This document shows positions 10,841 through 22,142 of a DNA stretch of 64,000 nucleotides, piece by piece. Position 1 is the first letter of the stretch; every line of letters begins with the position of its first letter. This stretch comes from an uncultured Actinomycetota bacterium (GTDB lineage Bacteria > Actinomycetota > Actinomycetes > Actinomycetales > Dermatophilaceae). The notes beneath the pieces are model-generated. The model saw only the letters and a list, made by a program, of their open reading frames with translations, had not been told where the DNA came from and did not search any database. The stretch spans positions 8,866 to 72,865 of the forward strand of contig CAVWQU010000017.1 of assembly GCA_963757225.1 (NCBI GenBank), written 5' to 3'. The position numbers and the translations under genes were made by a program.

Positions 10841-11677
10841 GTGTCTTCCGCCCCCGAGACGCTCGTCGCGTCGGCCGTCCCGGACGAGAGCCCGGTCGCG
10901 CGGACGCGGCGCGCCCGGCGGATGTACCGCGCGCTGCACGAGCGGTACCCCTACGCCCACTGCGAGCTGGACTTCACCAACCCGCTCGAGCTGCTCGTCG
11001 CGACCATCCTCTCGGCCCAGACGACCGACCAGCGGGTGAACCTCGTGACCCCGCACGTCTTCGCTCGATACCCGGACGCCGCCGCATACGCCGGAGCCGA
11101 CCGCACCGAGCTGGAGACGATGATCCAGTCGACCGGCTTCTTCCGGAACAAGTCCGACGCCCTGATCAAGCTCGGCGGCGCCCTGGTCGAGCGGTTCGAC
11201 GGAGAGGTCCCCGGCCGCCTCGCGGACCTCGTGACGCTCCCGGGGGTCGGCCGCAAAACCGCGAACGTGGTGCTGGGCAACGCGTTCGGGGTGCCGGGGA
11301 TCACCGTCGACACGCACTTCGGCCGGTTGGTCCGCCGGTTCGGCTGGACCGACGAGACCGACCCCGTCAAGGTCGAGCACCTGGTCGGGGGGATCTTCCC
11401 TCGGCGCGACTGGACGATGCTCAGCCACGTCCTCATCTTCCACGGCCGCCGCACCTGCCACGCCAAGAAGCCCGCCTGCGGCGCCTGCCCGGTCGCCGCC
11501 TGGTGCCCGAGCTACGGCATCGGGCCGACCGACCGCGACGAGGCCCTGAGCCTGCTGGCCTACGAGCTCAAGCCCGGGGCGCGGCTGCCCGAGCCGCCGC
11601 CCGGACCGCTTCCCGCCCCGCTCGCGAAGCCCCGCCGCCGGCCCGTCGCGGCCTCGGCTGTCGCGCAGGATCACTGA
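10841..11677 (+). CDS. nth: Endonuclease III
   Basis: [18 protein letters not shown] Hh[25 protein letters not shown] 4Fe-4S motif. Confidence 0.95.
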   Translation: MSSAPETLVASAVPDESPVARTRRARRMYRALHERYPYAHCELDFTNPLELLVATILSAQTTDQRVNLVTPHVFARYPDAAAYAGADRTELETMIQSTGFFRNKSDALIKLGGALVERFDGEVPGRLADLVTLPGVGRKTANVVLGNAFGVPGITVDTHFGRLVRRFGWTDETDPVKVEHLVGGIFPRRDWTMLSHVLIFHGRRTCHAKKPACGACPVAAWCPSYGIGPTDRDEALSLLAYELKPGARLPEPPPGPLPAPLAKPRRRPVAASAVAQDH

Positions 11678-11681
11678 CCGC

Positions 11682-12407
11682 ATGTCGCGTAGGCCATCCC
11701 TCGCCGGCCCGGGGGAGACGCTCCGTCCGCTGGCGCCACCCGCCGGGAGCGCCGCGACGCGGCCGCCGGAGTGGCTGACCCGCATGCTGCGGAACGCGGA
11801 ATCCACCGACCCGAGCTGGTTCAGCCGGTTCGTCCCGCCCGACGACGGGGGCCGCGAGTCGGCGGTGTTGTTGCTGTTCGGTCCCGATCTCGACGGCGCG
11901 GAGTCGTTGCTGCTCATCGAACGTTCCCACGACATGCGTTCCCATCCAGGCCAGGTCGCGCTGCCCGGTGGCGCCACCGAACCCGGCGACGCCGACGCGG
12001 TGGCCACCGCGCTGCGCGAGGCGACCGAGGAGGTGAACCTCGATGCCGCCGGCGTCGAGGTGGTCGGCGTCCTGCCGCCGCTGTACCTGCCACCGAGCGG
12101 GTTCGTCGTGACGACCGTCGTGGGCTGGTGGGGGACACCGGGGCCGGTATCGGTCGGCGACCCGCACGAGGTCGCCCAGGTGCTGCAGGCGCCCCTGGCC
12201 TTCCTCACCGACCCAGCAGTGCGGCATACCGTCACCCACCCGTCGGGGTACCGGGGGCCGGCGTTCCAGCTCGGCGACGACCTGCTCCTCTGGGGCTTCA
12301 CCGCCGGGGTGGTGACCAAGGCGCTGGAGCTGGCGGACCTGGACCGGTCGTGGGACGAGGCCCGCGAGGTGCCGCTGCCCGAGCGCTTCCTGCGAGGCCG
12401 TTCGTGA
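11682..12407 (+). CDS. CoA pyrophosphatase (Nudix)
   Basis: HPGQVALPGG...ALREATEEVN, WGFTA. Confidence 0.9.
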   Translation: MSRRPSLAGPGETLRPLAPPAGSAATRPPEWLTRMLRNAESTDPSWFSRFVPPDDGGRESAVLLLFGPDLDGAESLLLIERSHDMRSHPGQVALPGGATEPGDADAVATALREATEEVNLDAAGVEVVGVLPPLYLPPSGFVVTTVVGWWGTPGPVSVGDPHEVAQVLQAPLAFLTDPAVRHTVTHPSGYRGPAFQLGDDLLLWGFTAGVVTKALELADLDRSWDEAREVPLPERFLRGRS

Positions 12408-13609
12408 GCGGGACCGTCCTGGACGTCCTCCTCGTCCTCATGCTGGTGCTGTACGCCGTGACCGGGTACCGCCAGGGGATCGTCGTGAGCACGGTCTCCC
12501 TGGTCGGGTTCCTCGGGGGTGGAGCCCTGGGTATGTGGCTGCTGCCGTCGATCCTCGCCAACGTCGAGTGGGTCACCAGCAACGAGGTGATCCGCGTCCT
12601 CGTGCTGGTGTTCCTCGTCTTCCTCTGCGCGACCGTGGGCCAGGCCATTGCCGTCCCGGTCGGGAACCGGTTACGCGCCCAGGTCCGGGGCCGGTCGGGC
12701 CAGACCGTGGACGCGGTCCTCGGCGGGGTCGCCACGGTCATCGCCGTGTCCCTGCTCGTGTGGTTCGTGGCCGGCGCGGTGCGCGGGGCCGCGCCGACGC
12801 CCCTGGCCAAGGCGATCGGCGAGTCCCGGGTGCTCGCGACCATCGACCGCGTCATGCCGCCGGCCACGGGCCAGCTGTTCGCCGGGTTCCGGTCGATGCT
12901 GGACCAGAGCGGGATCCCGAAGGTCTTCGGCGGCCTCTCCCCGGAGCCGATCCAGCCGGTGGCACCGCCGGAGTCCGGGGTCGCCGCGACCGCCGGCGTG
13001 CAGCAGGCTTCCCAGTCCGTGGTGCGGGTCACCGGCGTCGCGGTCCCCTGTCGCCGCGGCCAGGAGGGAAGCGGCTGGGTCGTCGCCCCCGGCAAGGTCG
13101 TCACCAACGCGCACGTCGTCGCGGGGATGCGCGAGGCGTCCGTTCAGGTCGGCGGGGTCGGCCGCGAGTACCCCGCGCAGATCGTCGTCTTCGACCCCGA
13201 GCGCGACCTCGCGGTGCTCGACGTCGACGGGCTCACCGCGGCGCCGCTGCGGCTCGGCGGTGGGCTATCGGGCGGCGACGAGTCGGTGGTCGCCGGGTTC
13301 CCGCTCGACGGGCCCTACCGCCTGGACCCGGCCCGCGTCCGGCGCACGTTGACGGCGACCGGTTCGGACATCTACGGCCAGCCGGGCGTGACCCGGGAGA
13401 TCTACTCGCTCTACGCCCGGGTCGAGCCCGGCAACAGCGGCGGCCCGCTCCTCACCTCGACCGGTGAGGTCGTCGGCGTGGTGTTCGCCAAGTCGCTCGA
13501 CGACCCGACGACGGGGTATGCGTTGACCCTCAACGAGGCTCGGCCGGTCCTCGACGCGGCAGCGGGCGCGAGTCAGCCGGTCTCGACCGGCGGCTGCTCG
13601 ACCGGCTAG
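12404..13609 (+). CDS. marP: MarP-family membrane serine protease
   Basis: Four N-terminal TMs; TNAHVV, DLAVL, GNSGGP; GTGA overlap with the upstream gene. Confidence 0.9.
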   Translation: MSGTVLDVLLVLMLVLYAVTGYRQGIVVSTVSLVGFLGGGALGMWLLPSILANVEWVTSNEVIRVLVLVFLVFLCATVGQAIAVPVGNRLRAQVRGRSGQTVDAVLGGVATVIAVSLLVWFVAGAVRGAAPTPLAKAIGESRVLATIDRVMPPATGQLFAGFRSMLDQSGIPKVFGGLSPEPIQPVAPPESGVAATAGVQQASQSVVRVTGVAVPCRRGQEGSGWVVAPGKVVTNAHVVAGMREASVQVGGVGREYPAQIVVFDPERDLAVLDVDGLTAAPLRLGGGLSGGDESVVAGFPLDGPYRLDPARVRRTLTATGSDIYGQPGVTREIYSLYARVEPGNSGGPLLTSTGEVVGVVFAKSLDDPTTGYALTLNEARPVLDAAAGASQPVSTGGCSTG

Positions 13610-13612
13610 CCC

Positions 13613-13660
13613 CGGTTCGTGCTCACCGCAGGGAGTTCCGGCGGCATCCACCACGAACCG
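13613..13660. repeat. Inverted repeat between convergent genes (terminator/REP-like)
   Basis: CGGTTCGTG ... CACGAACCG; the same arm recurs at 19896-19927. Confidence 0.45.
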
Positions 13661-13682
13661 ATCTGAGCGATCGCGGGCCCGG

Positions 13683-14603
13683 TCAGTCGACGGTGTCGAG
13701 CCAGTCGACGATCGCCGAGCTGACCCGGTCGGGCGCCTCCTCGGTGAGGAAGTGGCCGGCACCGTCGACGAGCTGGAACGAGTACGGCCCGCTCACGTAG
13801 TCCGCGGAACCGTGCGTGCACTCCGCCAGGACGCACCCGTCCTCGGTGCCCTGCAGCTGGAGCACCGGTCGGTCGACCGGCCCGCGGATGCGCCGGTTGA
13901 ACAGGGGGCCGTCCTGGCGTACCTGCGACCGGCCGAACCAGCGGTAGTGCTCCGCGGCGGAGTGGGCCACGAAGGGCAGCGCCATGGCGTTGCCGTAGCG
14001 CTCCACGTCCTCCGGGGTCGGGTAGTCGCCGAACGGCGAGGCCCAGGCCCGCAGGACCTCCTCGACGTAGGCGTGGTCCTTGGTCATCTCTCGCTCCGGG
14101 ACGAACGGGCGCTGCAGCTCGACGAGGTACCGGCTGGCCTGCCGCTGCCGCCGGTCGCGTACCGACGCGCGCCGCATGACCCGCGGGTGCGGCATCGAGA
14201 GCGACCCGACGGCGCGGACCACGTCCGGCTGGAGGTACGGCATGGACCATGCGATGAACCCGCCGAGGCCTTGGCCCACCACGATGGCGTCGTCCTCGCC
14301 GAGCGACCGGATGAGGGACGCCGCATCCTCCGCGCCGGTGTAGGTGCTGTAGCCGCGCGGCGGCTTGTCGCTGGCGCCGTAGCCGCGCAGGTCCATCGCG
14401 ACCGCCCGCCAGCCGGCGTCGGCGATCGCCGCCATCTGGTGGCGCCACGTGTACCAGAACTGCGGAAACCCGTGCATCAACAGGACCATCGGCCCGTCGC
14501 CGACCTCCGCGACGTGGAACCGGGCACCGTTCGCCGAGACGAGGCGGTGGCTCCAGGGACCGTCGAGGAGGACCGATGCGGCGTCGAGGGTCACGCTGGT
14601 CAC
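13683..14603 (-). CDS. Alpha/beta hydrolase, epoxide-hydrolase-like (Rv3670/EphE-like)
   Basis: HGFPQFWYTW, DLRGYGASDKP, GAGHF. Confidence 0.88.
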   Translation of the reverse strand: MTSVTLDAASVLLDGPWSHRLVSANGARFHVAEVGDGPMVLLMHGFPQFWYTWRHQMAAIADAGWRAVAMDLRGYGASDKPPRGYSTYTGAEDAASLIRSLGEDDAIVVGQGLGGFIAWSMPYLQPDVVRAVGSLSMPHPRVMRRASVRDRRQRQASRYLVELQRPFVPEREMTKDHAYVEEVLRAWASPFGDYPTPEDVERYGNAMALPFVAHSAAEHYRWFGRSQVRQDGPLFNRRIRGPVDRPVLQLQGTEDGCVLAECTHGSADYVSGPYSFQLVDGAGHFLTEEAPDRVSSAIVDWLDTVD

Positions 14604-14673
14604 GCGAGCGCCGGTGGCGCGACGGTCCGGGCTCGCAGGAGCGGCGGGGCGGGCGGAGCCGACCCGGCCGGCG

Positions 14674-15180
14674 TCACCGAGCCGTCGGTCGCTGGTCGAG
14701 CGCGACCTGGGCGTTGGGAGCCGGGACCGCCTTGGCGTGCTCCGCGCCGGCGGACGCCGACCCCAGCACCGCGTCCATCGTCTCCTGGGCCTGGGCGATC
14801 GCGCGGTCCGGGCGCGGGTTGACCTGGTTCAGGGCGTTGCGACCGAGCAGGGCCAGGATCGCGGTGACGATGAACAGGACCACGGCCATGATGAGGAACC
14901 CCGCCCACACCGGCAGCCAGATGGCGATGACCATCGACAGCGCGATGAACAGCAGCCCGAGCCCGTAGAGCGCCAGCACGCCCGCTGTCGCGAGCATCCC
15001 GGCGCCCTTCCCGGCGATCCCGAGCTGAGCGGTGATCTCGGTCTTGGCCAGCTGGATCTCGGTGCGGACGATGACGCGCAGGTCCTCGACCACCTGGGCG
15101 ACCAGCTGGCCGATCGTGCGTTCCTGCGAGTGCCGCAGGTCGTTCGGCACGGGTCGCGTCGCGTCGTGGTCGGTGGTCAT
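14674..15180 (-). CDS. Holin-X/YhjD-like membrane protein (Rv3669-like)
   Basis: IGQLV...IVRTEIQLAKTE followed by two TMs. Confidence 0.8.
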   Translation of the reverse strand: MTTDHDATRPVPNDLRHSQERTIGQLVAQVVEDLRVIVRTEIQLAKTEITAQLGIAGKGAGMLATAGVLALYGLGLLFIALSMVIAIWLPVWAGFLIMAVVLFIVTAILALLGRNALNQVNPRPDRAIAQAQETMDAVLGSASAGAEHAKAVPAPNAQVALDQRPTAR

Positions 15181-15261
15181 CGAGCCTCCGGGGGCGTGGG
15201 CAGGTCGTCCGTATGCGGGTCGTCCCGAGACGCGCCCGGGGCTGAACGCGGGTTCTTGCTC

Positions 15262-16596
15262 TCAGGAGCCTATCGCCGGGTCGGGTCTGATGTAGACGTC
15301 AGGAACGCCGTCCGCATCGTCGTCCCGGGTCTCCTCGGCCTCGATCCGCCGGTAGTGCCGGTTCCGGAGCCGGAGCACCACCGCTGCGAGGAGGGCCGAG
15401 AGGACCGAACCGACGAGGATGCCGAGCCGCACGTGGTCGTCGCGCTCCGACCCCAGACCGAACGCCAGCTCGCCGATCAGCAACGACACGGTGAAACCCA
15501 CGCCGCCCAGCAGTGAGAGGCCGAGCACGTCGGCCCAGGCGAGGTCGTCGTCGAGGGACGCCTTGGTGAACCGGGCGAAGAGGTAGGTCCCCCCGAACAC
15601 CCCGACACACTTGCCGACGACGAGCCCGACGACGACGCCCAGGGCCGCCGGGTCCGAGAACGTGGCGCCGAGGCCGCCGGGACCGATGGTCACCCCGGCC
15701 GCGAAGAACGCGAAGACCGGGACGGCGAAACCGGCGGACCACGGTCGCAGCCCGTGCTCGATCCGCTCGGCCAGGCTGTGCTGGTCCGGCGCGTGCTCCT
15801 GCCGCTTCGACACGGGCACCAGGAGGCCCAGGAGGACTCCGGCGACGGTCGCGTGGACGCCGCTCGCGTGGACGAGGCCCCAGGCCACGAGGGCGGGCAC
15901 CGCCAGCAGGCCCGGGTTGGTCCACCCGCGGCGCAGGAACCACCACCAGAGGCCGAGGGGCAGGACCGCGAGCAGCAGGAACAGGATCTGGACGCCGCTG
16001 GTGTAGAAGATCGCGATGATGGTGATCGCGATGAGGTCGTCGACGACGGCCAGGGTCAGCAGGAACGACCGCAGCGCGGACGGCAGATGGGTGGCGATGA
16101 CCGCCAGCACGGCGAGGGCGAACGCGATGTCGGTCGCCGTCGGGATCGCCCACCCCCGGAACACGTCCCCCTCGCCGCCGGCCAGCATCGCCGTGCCGAC
16201 GAACAGGAGGGCGGGGACCGCCACGCCGCAGGCCGCCGCGGCGATCGGCAGGGCCGCCTTGCGGCGGTCGGAGAGGTCGCCGGCGACGAACTCCCGCTTC
16301 AGCTCGATGCCCGCCACGAGAAAGAACAGTGCGAGCAGGCCGTCGGCGGCCCACGTGCCCAGGCTGAGGTCGAGATGCAGCGCGTGGGGACCGATGACGA
16401 AGTCCCGCAACGCGATGTACGCGTCCTGCCACGGGGTGTTCGCCCAGACGATGGCGATGACGGCGGCGCCGAGGAGCAGCGCGCCCCCGACCGTCTCGGT
16501 GCGGAGAGCGTCCGCGACGTAGCGCGCCTCCGGCCAGGTCCCCCGCGACAGCAACCGCTGGGGCGGAGGGTCCGACGGCCCCTCGGATGACGTCAC
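15262..16596 (-). CDS. nhaA: Na+/H+ antiporter NhaA
   Basis: [36 protein letters not shown]. Start inferred. Confidence 0.93.
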   Translation of the reverse strand: MTSSEGPSDPPPQRLLSRGTWPEARYVADALRTETVGGALLLGAAVIAIVWANTPWQDAYIALRDFVIGPHALHLDLSLGTWAADGLLALFFLVAGIELKREFVAGDLSDRRKAALPIAAAACGVAVPALLFVGTAMLAGGEGDVFRGWAIPTATDIAFALAVLAVIATHLPSALRSFLLTLAVVDDLIAITIIAIFYTSGVQILFLLLAVLPLGLWWWFLRRGWTNPGLLAVPALVAWGLVHASGVHATVAGVLLGLLVPVSKRQEHAPDQHSLAERIEHGLRPWSAGFAVPVFAFFAAGVTIGPGGLGATFSDPAALGVVVGLVVGKCVGVFGGTYLFARFTKASLDDDLAWADVLGLSLLGGVGFTVSLLIGELAFGLGSERDDHVRLGILVGSVLSALLAAVVLRLRNRHYRRIEAEETRDDDADGVPDVYIRPDPAIGS

Positions 16597-16657
16597 TCCA
16601 CGAAGGCTAGCGACGGGGGCTGCCCGCGGCCCCGCCCGGGGCGGTTCAATACCCTGC

Positions 16658-17674
16658 ATGAGCAATTCCGTCGCGGACCTGTACGCCCGCTGCACGGACG
16701 ACCCGGAAGGTCACGGCCGCGAGACGACGGTCTACGACGCGATCCACGCGAAGATCAGCCCGCGCAGCGAGGTGCTGCGGCTGCTCCCGCACCGTGAGCG
16801 CCGCATGGTGGGCGCCTGGTGCTTCGTCGACCTCTACGGTCCGCGGGCGGTCCCGGCCGGGGAGGGGGACGCGATGCACGTGGCGCCGCACCCGCATACC
16901 GGCCTGCAGACCGTGTCCTGGCTCGTCGCCGGCGAGGTGACCCACCGCGACTCCCTGGGGACCACCGCGCAGGTCGTCCCCGGGCGGGCGGCGGTCATGA
17001 CCGCGGGCGAGGGCATCGCCCACGGCGAGGACGTCGTGCCGCCGGTGTCCGGCTCGGCGGACGGCCTCCTCCAGGGCGCGCAGCTGTGGGTCGCGCTCCC
17101 GGATACCGAACGGCACCGCGTCCGCGGGTTCGTCCTGCACGAGCCGGCGCCGTACCTCGAGGCCGACGGGGTGCTCGCCCGGGTCTTCGTGGGCACGCTG
17201 GGCGGGGTGACGGCCGACGCCGAGGCCTTCACGCCGTTGGTCGGTGCCGAGCTGACCCCGCGCGGCGAGGGTCCGGCGAGGCTGCCGCTCGACCCCGCAT
17301 ACGAGCACGTCCTCGTCCCGCTGTCCGGGTCGGCGACGGTCGAGGGGACCGCGGTGGCGCACGGGCAGGCGATGTACCTCGGGCTCGACCGCTCCGCGCT
17401 CGACCTGGAGCTCTCGGCCGATGCGCGGGTGCTCCTTCTCGGGGGTGAGCCGTTCGCCGAGGAGATCGTCATGTGGTGGAACTTCGTCGCCCGCACCCAC
17501 GAGGAGATCGAGCGGGCGCGGGCGCAGTGGAACGCGGGGTCCGACGACCGCTTCGGCGAGGTGACGCAGTACCCGACCGACGAACGGCTCGCCGCGCCAC
17601 CGTTGCCCAACGTCCGGCTGCAGCCTCGCGGCCGGGTGCGATCCGTGGAGTCTCCACCGGGGAGCTCGTCCTGA
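16658..17674 (+). CDS. Pirin family protein
   Basis: [35 protein letters not shown]. Confidence 0.92.
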   Translation: MSNSVADLYARCTDDPEGHGRETTVYDAIHAKISPRSEVLRLLPHRERRMVGAWCFVDLYGPRAVPAGEGDAMHVAPHPHTGLQTVSWLVAGEVTHRDSLGTTAQVVPGRAAVMTAGEGIAHGEDVVPPVSGSADGLLQGAQLWVALPDTERHRVRGFVLHEPAPYLEADGVLARVFVGTLGGVTADAEAFTPLVGAELTPRGEGPARLPLDPAYEHVLVPLSGSATVEGTAVAHGQAMYLGLDRSALDLELSADARVLLLGGEPFAEEIVMWWNFVARTHEEIERARAQWNAGSDDRFGEVTQYPTDERLAAPPLPNVRLQPRGRVRSVESPPGSSS

Positions 17675-19876
17675 AGCGCGTACCCGCCGCCGCCTGGCGA
17701 CGCGCGGTCCGGGTCACGCTGACCGCCATCGTGGCGTTCTACGGCTGCCGTTACGGCCTCGGCGACCCGACCATGGCCCTCTACGCGGTCTTCGCGGTCC
17801 TCGCGTTCTCGCTCCTGTCGCAGACGTCCGGCCCTCCCGCGGTTCGCACACGAACGCTGTTGGCCTGCTTGGCGTTCGGCCTCGTCGACGTGACGATCGC
17901 GACCTACGCCGCGGTCAACACCGGAGTCGCCGTCGCGGCGATGTTCGTCTTCGGTTTCCTCGTCTCGTTCGCCGGCGTCTGTGGCGTCCGGGTCAGCGAG
18001 GTCTCCACCGGGTTGCAGCTGCTCTTCATCCTGCCGTCGCTGCCTCCGTTCGACCCCGGGTCGCTCGGCTCGCGGCTGGTCGGGCTGACCCTCGGCATGG
18101 CCCTGCTCATCGTCACCGACCGGTTCCTGCTGGCCGACCCGGGACCGCCCGGCTTCGCCGAACGACTGGCCGACGCGACCGGCAAGGCCTCGGCGCTGGC
18201 CGCGGGCATCGTCGGCGCGTGCGAGCTCGGAGGGTCGGTCAAGGCTCCCGAGCTGGACCGTCTGGTCGCGGAGGCCAAGGCGGCGTCGTCGGGCTTGCGC
18301 CTGTTCGAGGTCCCCCTGGTCGAACGACCGTCGGCACCGAGCCGGCTGGACCGCGGCCTGACCGACGCCGCCGGCGCGCTGCGGGCCACGACGTACCGCC
18401 TGATGGTCCTGCGCACCGAGGTCGACGCGGATCCAGAGGGCCTGCCGGTCCCCGTCGTCGCGGCGATCGCGTCGACGCTCGCCGATGCGCGCGCGGCGCT
18501 GGTCGGACAGGGGCCGGCGCCGTCCACCGACGGGCTCACCGCCGCGCTCGAGACCGAACGGGACCTGTGGCGGCGGGTGCTCGCCGACGCAGCCCGAGTC
18601 GGCCGAGGCGCGCGAAGTGCGCTCACTCAGCGGGGCGACGACGCTGGTCGCCGCCATCCAGGCGGCCAACGGCGCCCGCGCGATGGTGCTCGCGCTCCGG
18701 GCCGGGTACGGCGCGTCGGTGTCCGCCGAGGACTCCGGGCCCAACGACCCGTTCTGGTATGCGCGTGGCTCGGCCCTGTCGCTGGTGTGGCACCGGGTCC
18801 GCCGGAACCTCACGGTGCGCTCGGTGGAGCTCCAGAACGCGTTGCGGCTCGCCGCCGGCCTGGCGCTGGCCCGGTTCATCGCGGGCGAGTTCTCCCTGTC
18901 CCACGGCCTCTGGGTCCTGCTCGCCACCTTGACCCTGACCCGGACGTCGGTCCGCGCCACCCGGGGTGCCCTCAAACCGGCGCTGATCGGGACCCTGGTG
19001 GGGGTCATCCTGGCGGGACTGCTGCTGTTCCTGGCCGGGGAGAACGCAGCTCCCTACGTCGTGATGATGCCGATCGCGCTGTTCGCCGCCGTGCTGGCCG
19101 GCCCGACGGTGGGCCCGATCGGGACGCAGGCGACGTTCACCCTGGTCGTGGCCTGCCTGTTCAGCCAGGTGGCGCCGCCAACGCTGGAGCTGGCCAAGGA
19201 CCGGCTCGTCGACGTCCTCATCGGCGCCTGCGTCGGCGTGGCCGTCGGCGTCCTTGCATGGCCCCGCGGCGGCCGGGCCGAGCTGCAGCGGGCGGGTTCG
19301 CGCTGTCTCTCGGCGGCGGCTGACTGCGTCGACACGACCGCCGACTGGATCGTCGCGGTGTGCCCGCCGGACGCCTTGGGGACGCGGCTCGACACGGTGC
19401 GACGGGCGCTCGCCCTCTACGAGTCGACCTACGCCCAGTACCGCAGCGAACCGGCCGACAACCGCGACACCACCGACTGGCTCATCCTCGAGGTGGTCAC
19501 CGCGCGGGCCGCCAACGGGGCCGAGGCGGCGGCCCGCTGGGCGGAGCAGCGCGGAGCCCTGCCCTGGGAGGACGTCCGCGCCGACCTCGAGACCGCCGCA
19601 CGCCGGATCGCCGACGAGCTCCGGTCCTGCGCCTACCGGATCACGAACCCGACCGACGCCGGGTCCACCGGAAGCCGGGCCACCCTGCGCGAGGCGGACC
19701 GAGCGGCGGTCCGGGCGGGCCTGGCCGAGACCGCACGAGAACCAGGCCGCGACCAGCACCCCAACGCCACCCTCCGGGCCGTCGAGGCCTGGGGCTGGCT
19801 CTGGTGGCTGGCCGACGACCTGTCCCGCCTGGAGGGCGAGACGGTGCCGACGGCGGCCCGAGCGCCCGCTCGCTGA
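17671..19876 (+). pseudogene. FUSC-like (aromatic acid exporter family) membrane protein, apparent +1 frameshift near 18590; start uncertain
   Basis: N-terminal TM block in ORF 17473-19323; second TM block (LQNALRLAAGLA...DRLVDVLIG) in ORF 18485-19876. Confidence 0.7.
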
Positions 19877-19895
19877 CCGGTCGGGCCCCGGCGAC

Positions 19896-19986
19896 GTCGG
19901 TTGGTGGCAATTTCGCCACGAACCGACCCACAAGAGCAGCCCGGCACGTCCGTATGTGGCGTTTCGGCCACAAACGGACGTGCCGG
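19896..19986. terminator. Two tandem hairpins between convergent FUSC and acs genes
   Basis: 13-bp stem 19896-19927 (1 mismatch) and 20-bp stem 19941-19986 (1 mismatch), both closing with GTGGC...GCCAC. Confidence 0.7.
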
Positions 19987-19997
19987 TCAGTCGCGGC

Positions 19998-21992
19998 TCA
20001 GTCCTCGGACTTGCCGGTGCTGAGGCCCTCCTTGATGAGGTCCATGACCGACGAGTCGGCGAGGGTGGTGACGTCACCCACCTCACGGTTCTCGGCGACA
20101 TCGCGCAGCAGCCGGCGCATGATCTTGCCGGAGCGGGTCTTCGGCAGCTCCTTGACGATCATGATCTGCCGGGGCTTGGCGATGGGGCCGATCTCCTGGG
20201 CCACGTGGTTGCGCAGCTCCTTGACCAGGTCCACGCCCTCGCCCGGCTCGTCGGCCTCCTCCACCGCCTCGCTGCGCAGGATGACGAACGCGCAGACCGC
20301 CTGGCCGGTCGTCGCGTCGTTCGCGCCGACCACCGCGGCCTCGGCGACCTTCGGGTGCGACACCAGCGCCGACTCGATCTCGGTCGTGGACAGCCGGTGC
20401 CCCGAGACGTTCATGACGTCGTCGACCCGGCCGAGCAGCCAGATGTTGCCCTCGTCGTCCTTCTTCGCTCCGTCGCCGGCGAAGTAGAGCCCGTCGAACC
20501 GCGACCAGTAGGTCTCCTGGTAGCGCTCCGGGTCGCCCCAGATGCCGCGCAGCATCGACGGCCACGGCTTGTCGATGACGAGGTACCCGCCGCCGCCGTC
20601 CGGCACCGACTTCGCCTCGTCGTCGACGACGTCGACCGAGATCCCGGGGATCGCCCTCTGGGCCGACCCGGGCTTCAGGGCCGTCACGCCCGGGAGCGGG
20701 CTGATCATGATCGCGCCGGTCTCGGTCTGCCACCACGTGTCGACGATGGGCGCCCGGTCGCCGCCGATGACGCGGCGGTACCAGATCCACGCCTCGGGGT
20801 TGATCGGCTCGCCGACGCTCCCGAGGACCCGCAGCGACGACAGGTCGAACTTGCCGGGGATCGCCTCGCCCCACTTCATGAACGTCCGGATCGCGGTCGG
20901 CGCGGTGTAGAGGATCGTCACCTTGTACTTCTCGACGATCTCCCACCAGCGGCCCTGGTGCGGGGTGTCCGGCGTTCCCTCGTACATGACCTGCGTCGCG
21001 CCGTTGGCCATCGGCCCGTAGACGATGTAGGAGTGGCCGGTCACCCAGCCGATGTCGGCGGTGCACCAGTAGACGTCGGTCTCGGGGTGGACGTCGTGCA
21101 CGACGGAGTTCGTGTAGGCGGCCTGGGTCAGGTATCCGCCGGTGGTGTGGAAGATGCCCTTCGGCTTCCCGGTCGTGCCGGACGTGTAGAGGATGAACAG
21201 CGGGTGCTCCGCCTCCATACCCTGCGCCTCGTGGGTGTCGGCGGCCTTCTCGAGCGCGTCGTGCCACCAGACGTCGCGGTCGTTCCACTCGGTGTCCTGA
21301 CCCGTCCGCTGCACGACGAGGACGTGCTCGACCGTCGTCTCGCCCTTGGCCAGGGCCGCGTCGACCGCGGGCTTGAGCGCGGCGGGGGCGCCGCGGCGGT
21401 AGCCGCCGTCGGAGGTGATGACCAGCTTGCACTTGGCGTCGTTGATGCGCGTGTAGAGCGCCTCGGCCGAGAACCCACCGAAGACCACGGAGTGCGGCGC
21501 CCCGATCCGGGCGCAGGCCAGCATCGCCACGGCGGCCTCGGGGATCATCGGCAGGTAGATGGCCACGGTGTCGCCCTTGCCGACCCCCAGGTCCAGCAGG
21601 GCGTTCGCAGCCTTCTGCACCTGCTGGTGCAGCTCGGCATACGTGATGTCGCGGGTGTCACCGTCCGGCTCGCCGACGAAGTGGATCGCCACCTTGTCGC
21701 CGTGGCCGGCCTCGACGTGGCGGTCGACGCAGTTGTAGGCGACGTTGAGCTCGCCGTCCGCGAACCAGGTGGCGAACGGCGCCTTGCTCCAGTCGAGGAC
21801 CTCGGTGAAGTCCTTGCTCCACGCCAGCCGGCTGCGGGCCTGGTCGGCCCAGAACGCCTCGTAGTCCTCGTCGGCCTTCGCGTAGAGGTCCTCGGTGCCG
21901 TTCGCCTGGGCCGCGAACTCCGGCTCCGGGGGAAACGAGCGGTCCTCGTGTCCGAGGTTCTCGAGGGTCTGCTGGGACGTCTCGTTCGACAC
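19998..21992 (-). CDS. acs: Acetyl-CoA synthetase
   Basis: YTSGTTGKPKG, DIGWVTGHSY, DTWWQTETG, PKTRSGKIMRR. Confidence 0.96.
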   Translation of the reverse strand: MSNETSQQTLENLGHEDRSFPPEPEFAAQANGTEDLYAKADEDYEAFWADQARSRLAWSKDFTEVLDWSKAPFATWFADGELNVAYNCVDRHVEAGHGDKVAIHFVGEPDGDTRDITYAELHQQVQKAANALLDLGVGKGDTVAIYLPMIPEAAVAMLACARIGAPHSVVFGGFSAEALYTRINDAKCKLVITSDGGYRRGAPAALKPAVDAALAKGETTVEHVLVVQRTGQDTEWNDRDVWWHDALEKAADTHEAQGMEAEHPLFILYTSGTTGKPKGIFHTTGGYLTQAAYTNSVVHDVHPETDVYWCTADIGWVTGHSYIVYGPMANGATQVMYEGTPDTPHQGRWWEIVEKYKVTILYTAPTAIRTFMKWGEAIPGKFDLSSLRVLGSVGEPINPEAWIWYRRVIGGDRAPIVDTWWQTETGAIMISPLPGVTALKPGSAQRAIPGISVDVVDDEAKSVPDGGGGYLVIDKPWPSMLRGIWGDPERYQETYWSRFDGLYFAGDGAKKDDEGNIWLLGRVDDVMNVSGHRLSTTEIESALVSHPKVAEAAVVGANDATTGQAVCAFVILRSEAVEEADEPGEGVDLVKELRNHVAQEIGPIAKPRQIMIVKELPKTRSGKIMRRLLRDVAENREVGDVTTLADSSVMDLIKEGLSTGKSED

Positions 21993-22142
21993 TGGGCATC
22001 CTCCTGCGACGGTGCTGGGGCTGACGCTGGTATGCGGGTGAGCGGGTGGAAGGCGCGGGCACCTCACTGCCAACCTACTCAACGGGTATGCGGGTGGCGC
22101 GGGCAAGTGAGTGGCTTCACGGACCGGTCGGGCGGCCGATCC

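Noticed and set aside
14600-14700. Possible sixth frameshift extending the holin-like gene to a GTGA overlap at 14600
   Set aside because: The tail is low-complexity and the existing stop gives a normal length; undecidable without orthologues.
14674-15180. 'Phage holin family' gene as evidence of a prophage
   Set aside because: Core actinobacterial Rv3669-like gene in conserved synteny; no phage genes nearby.
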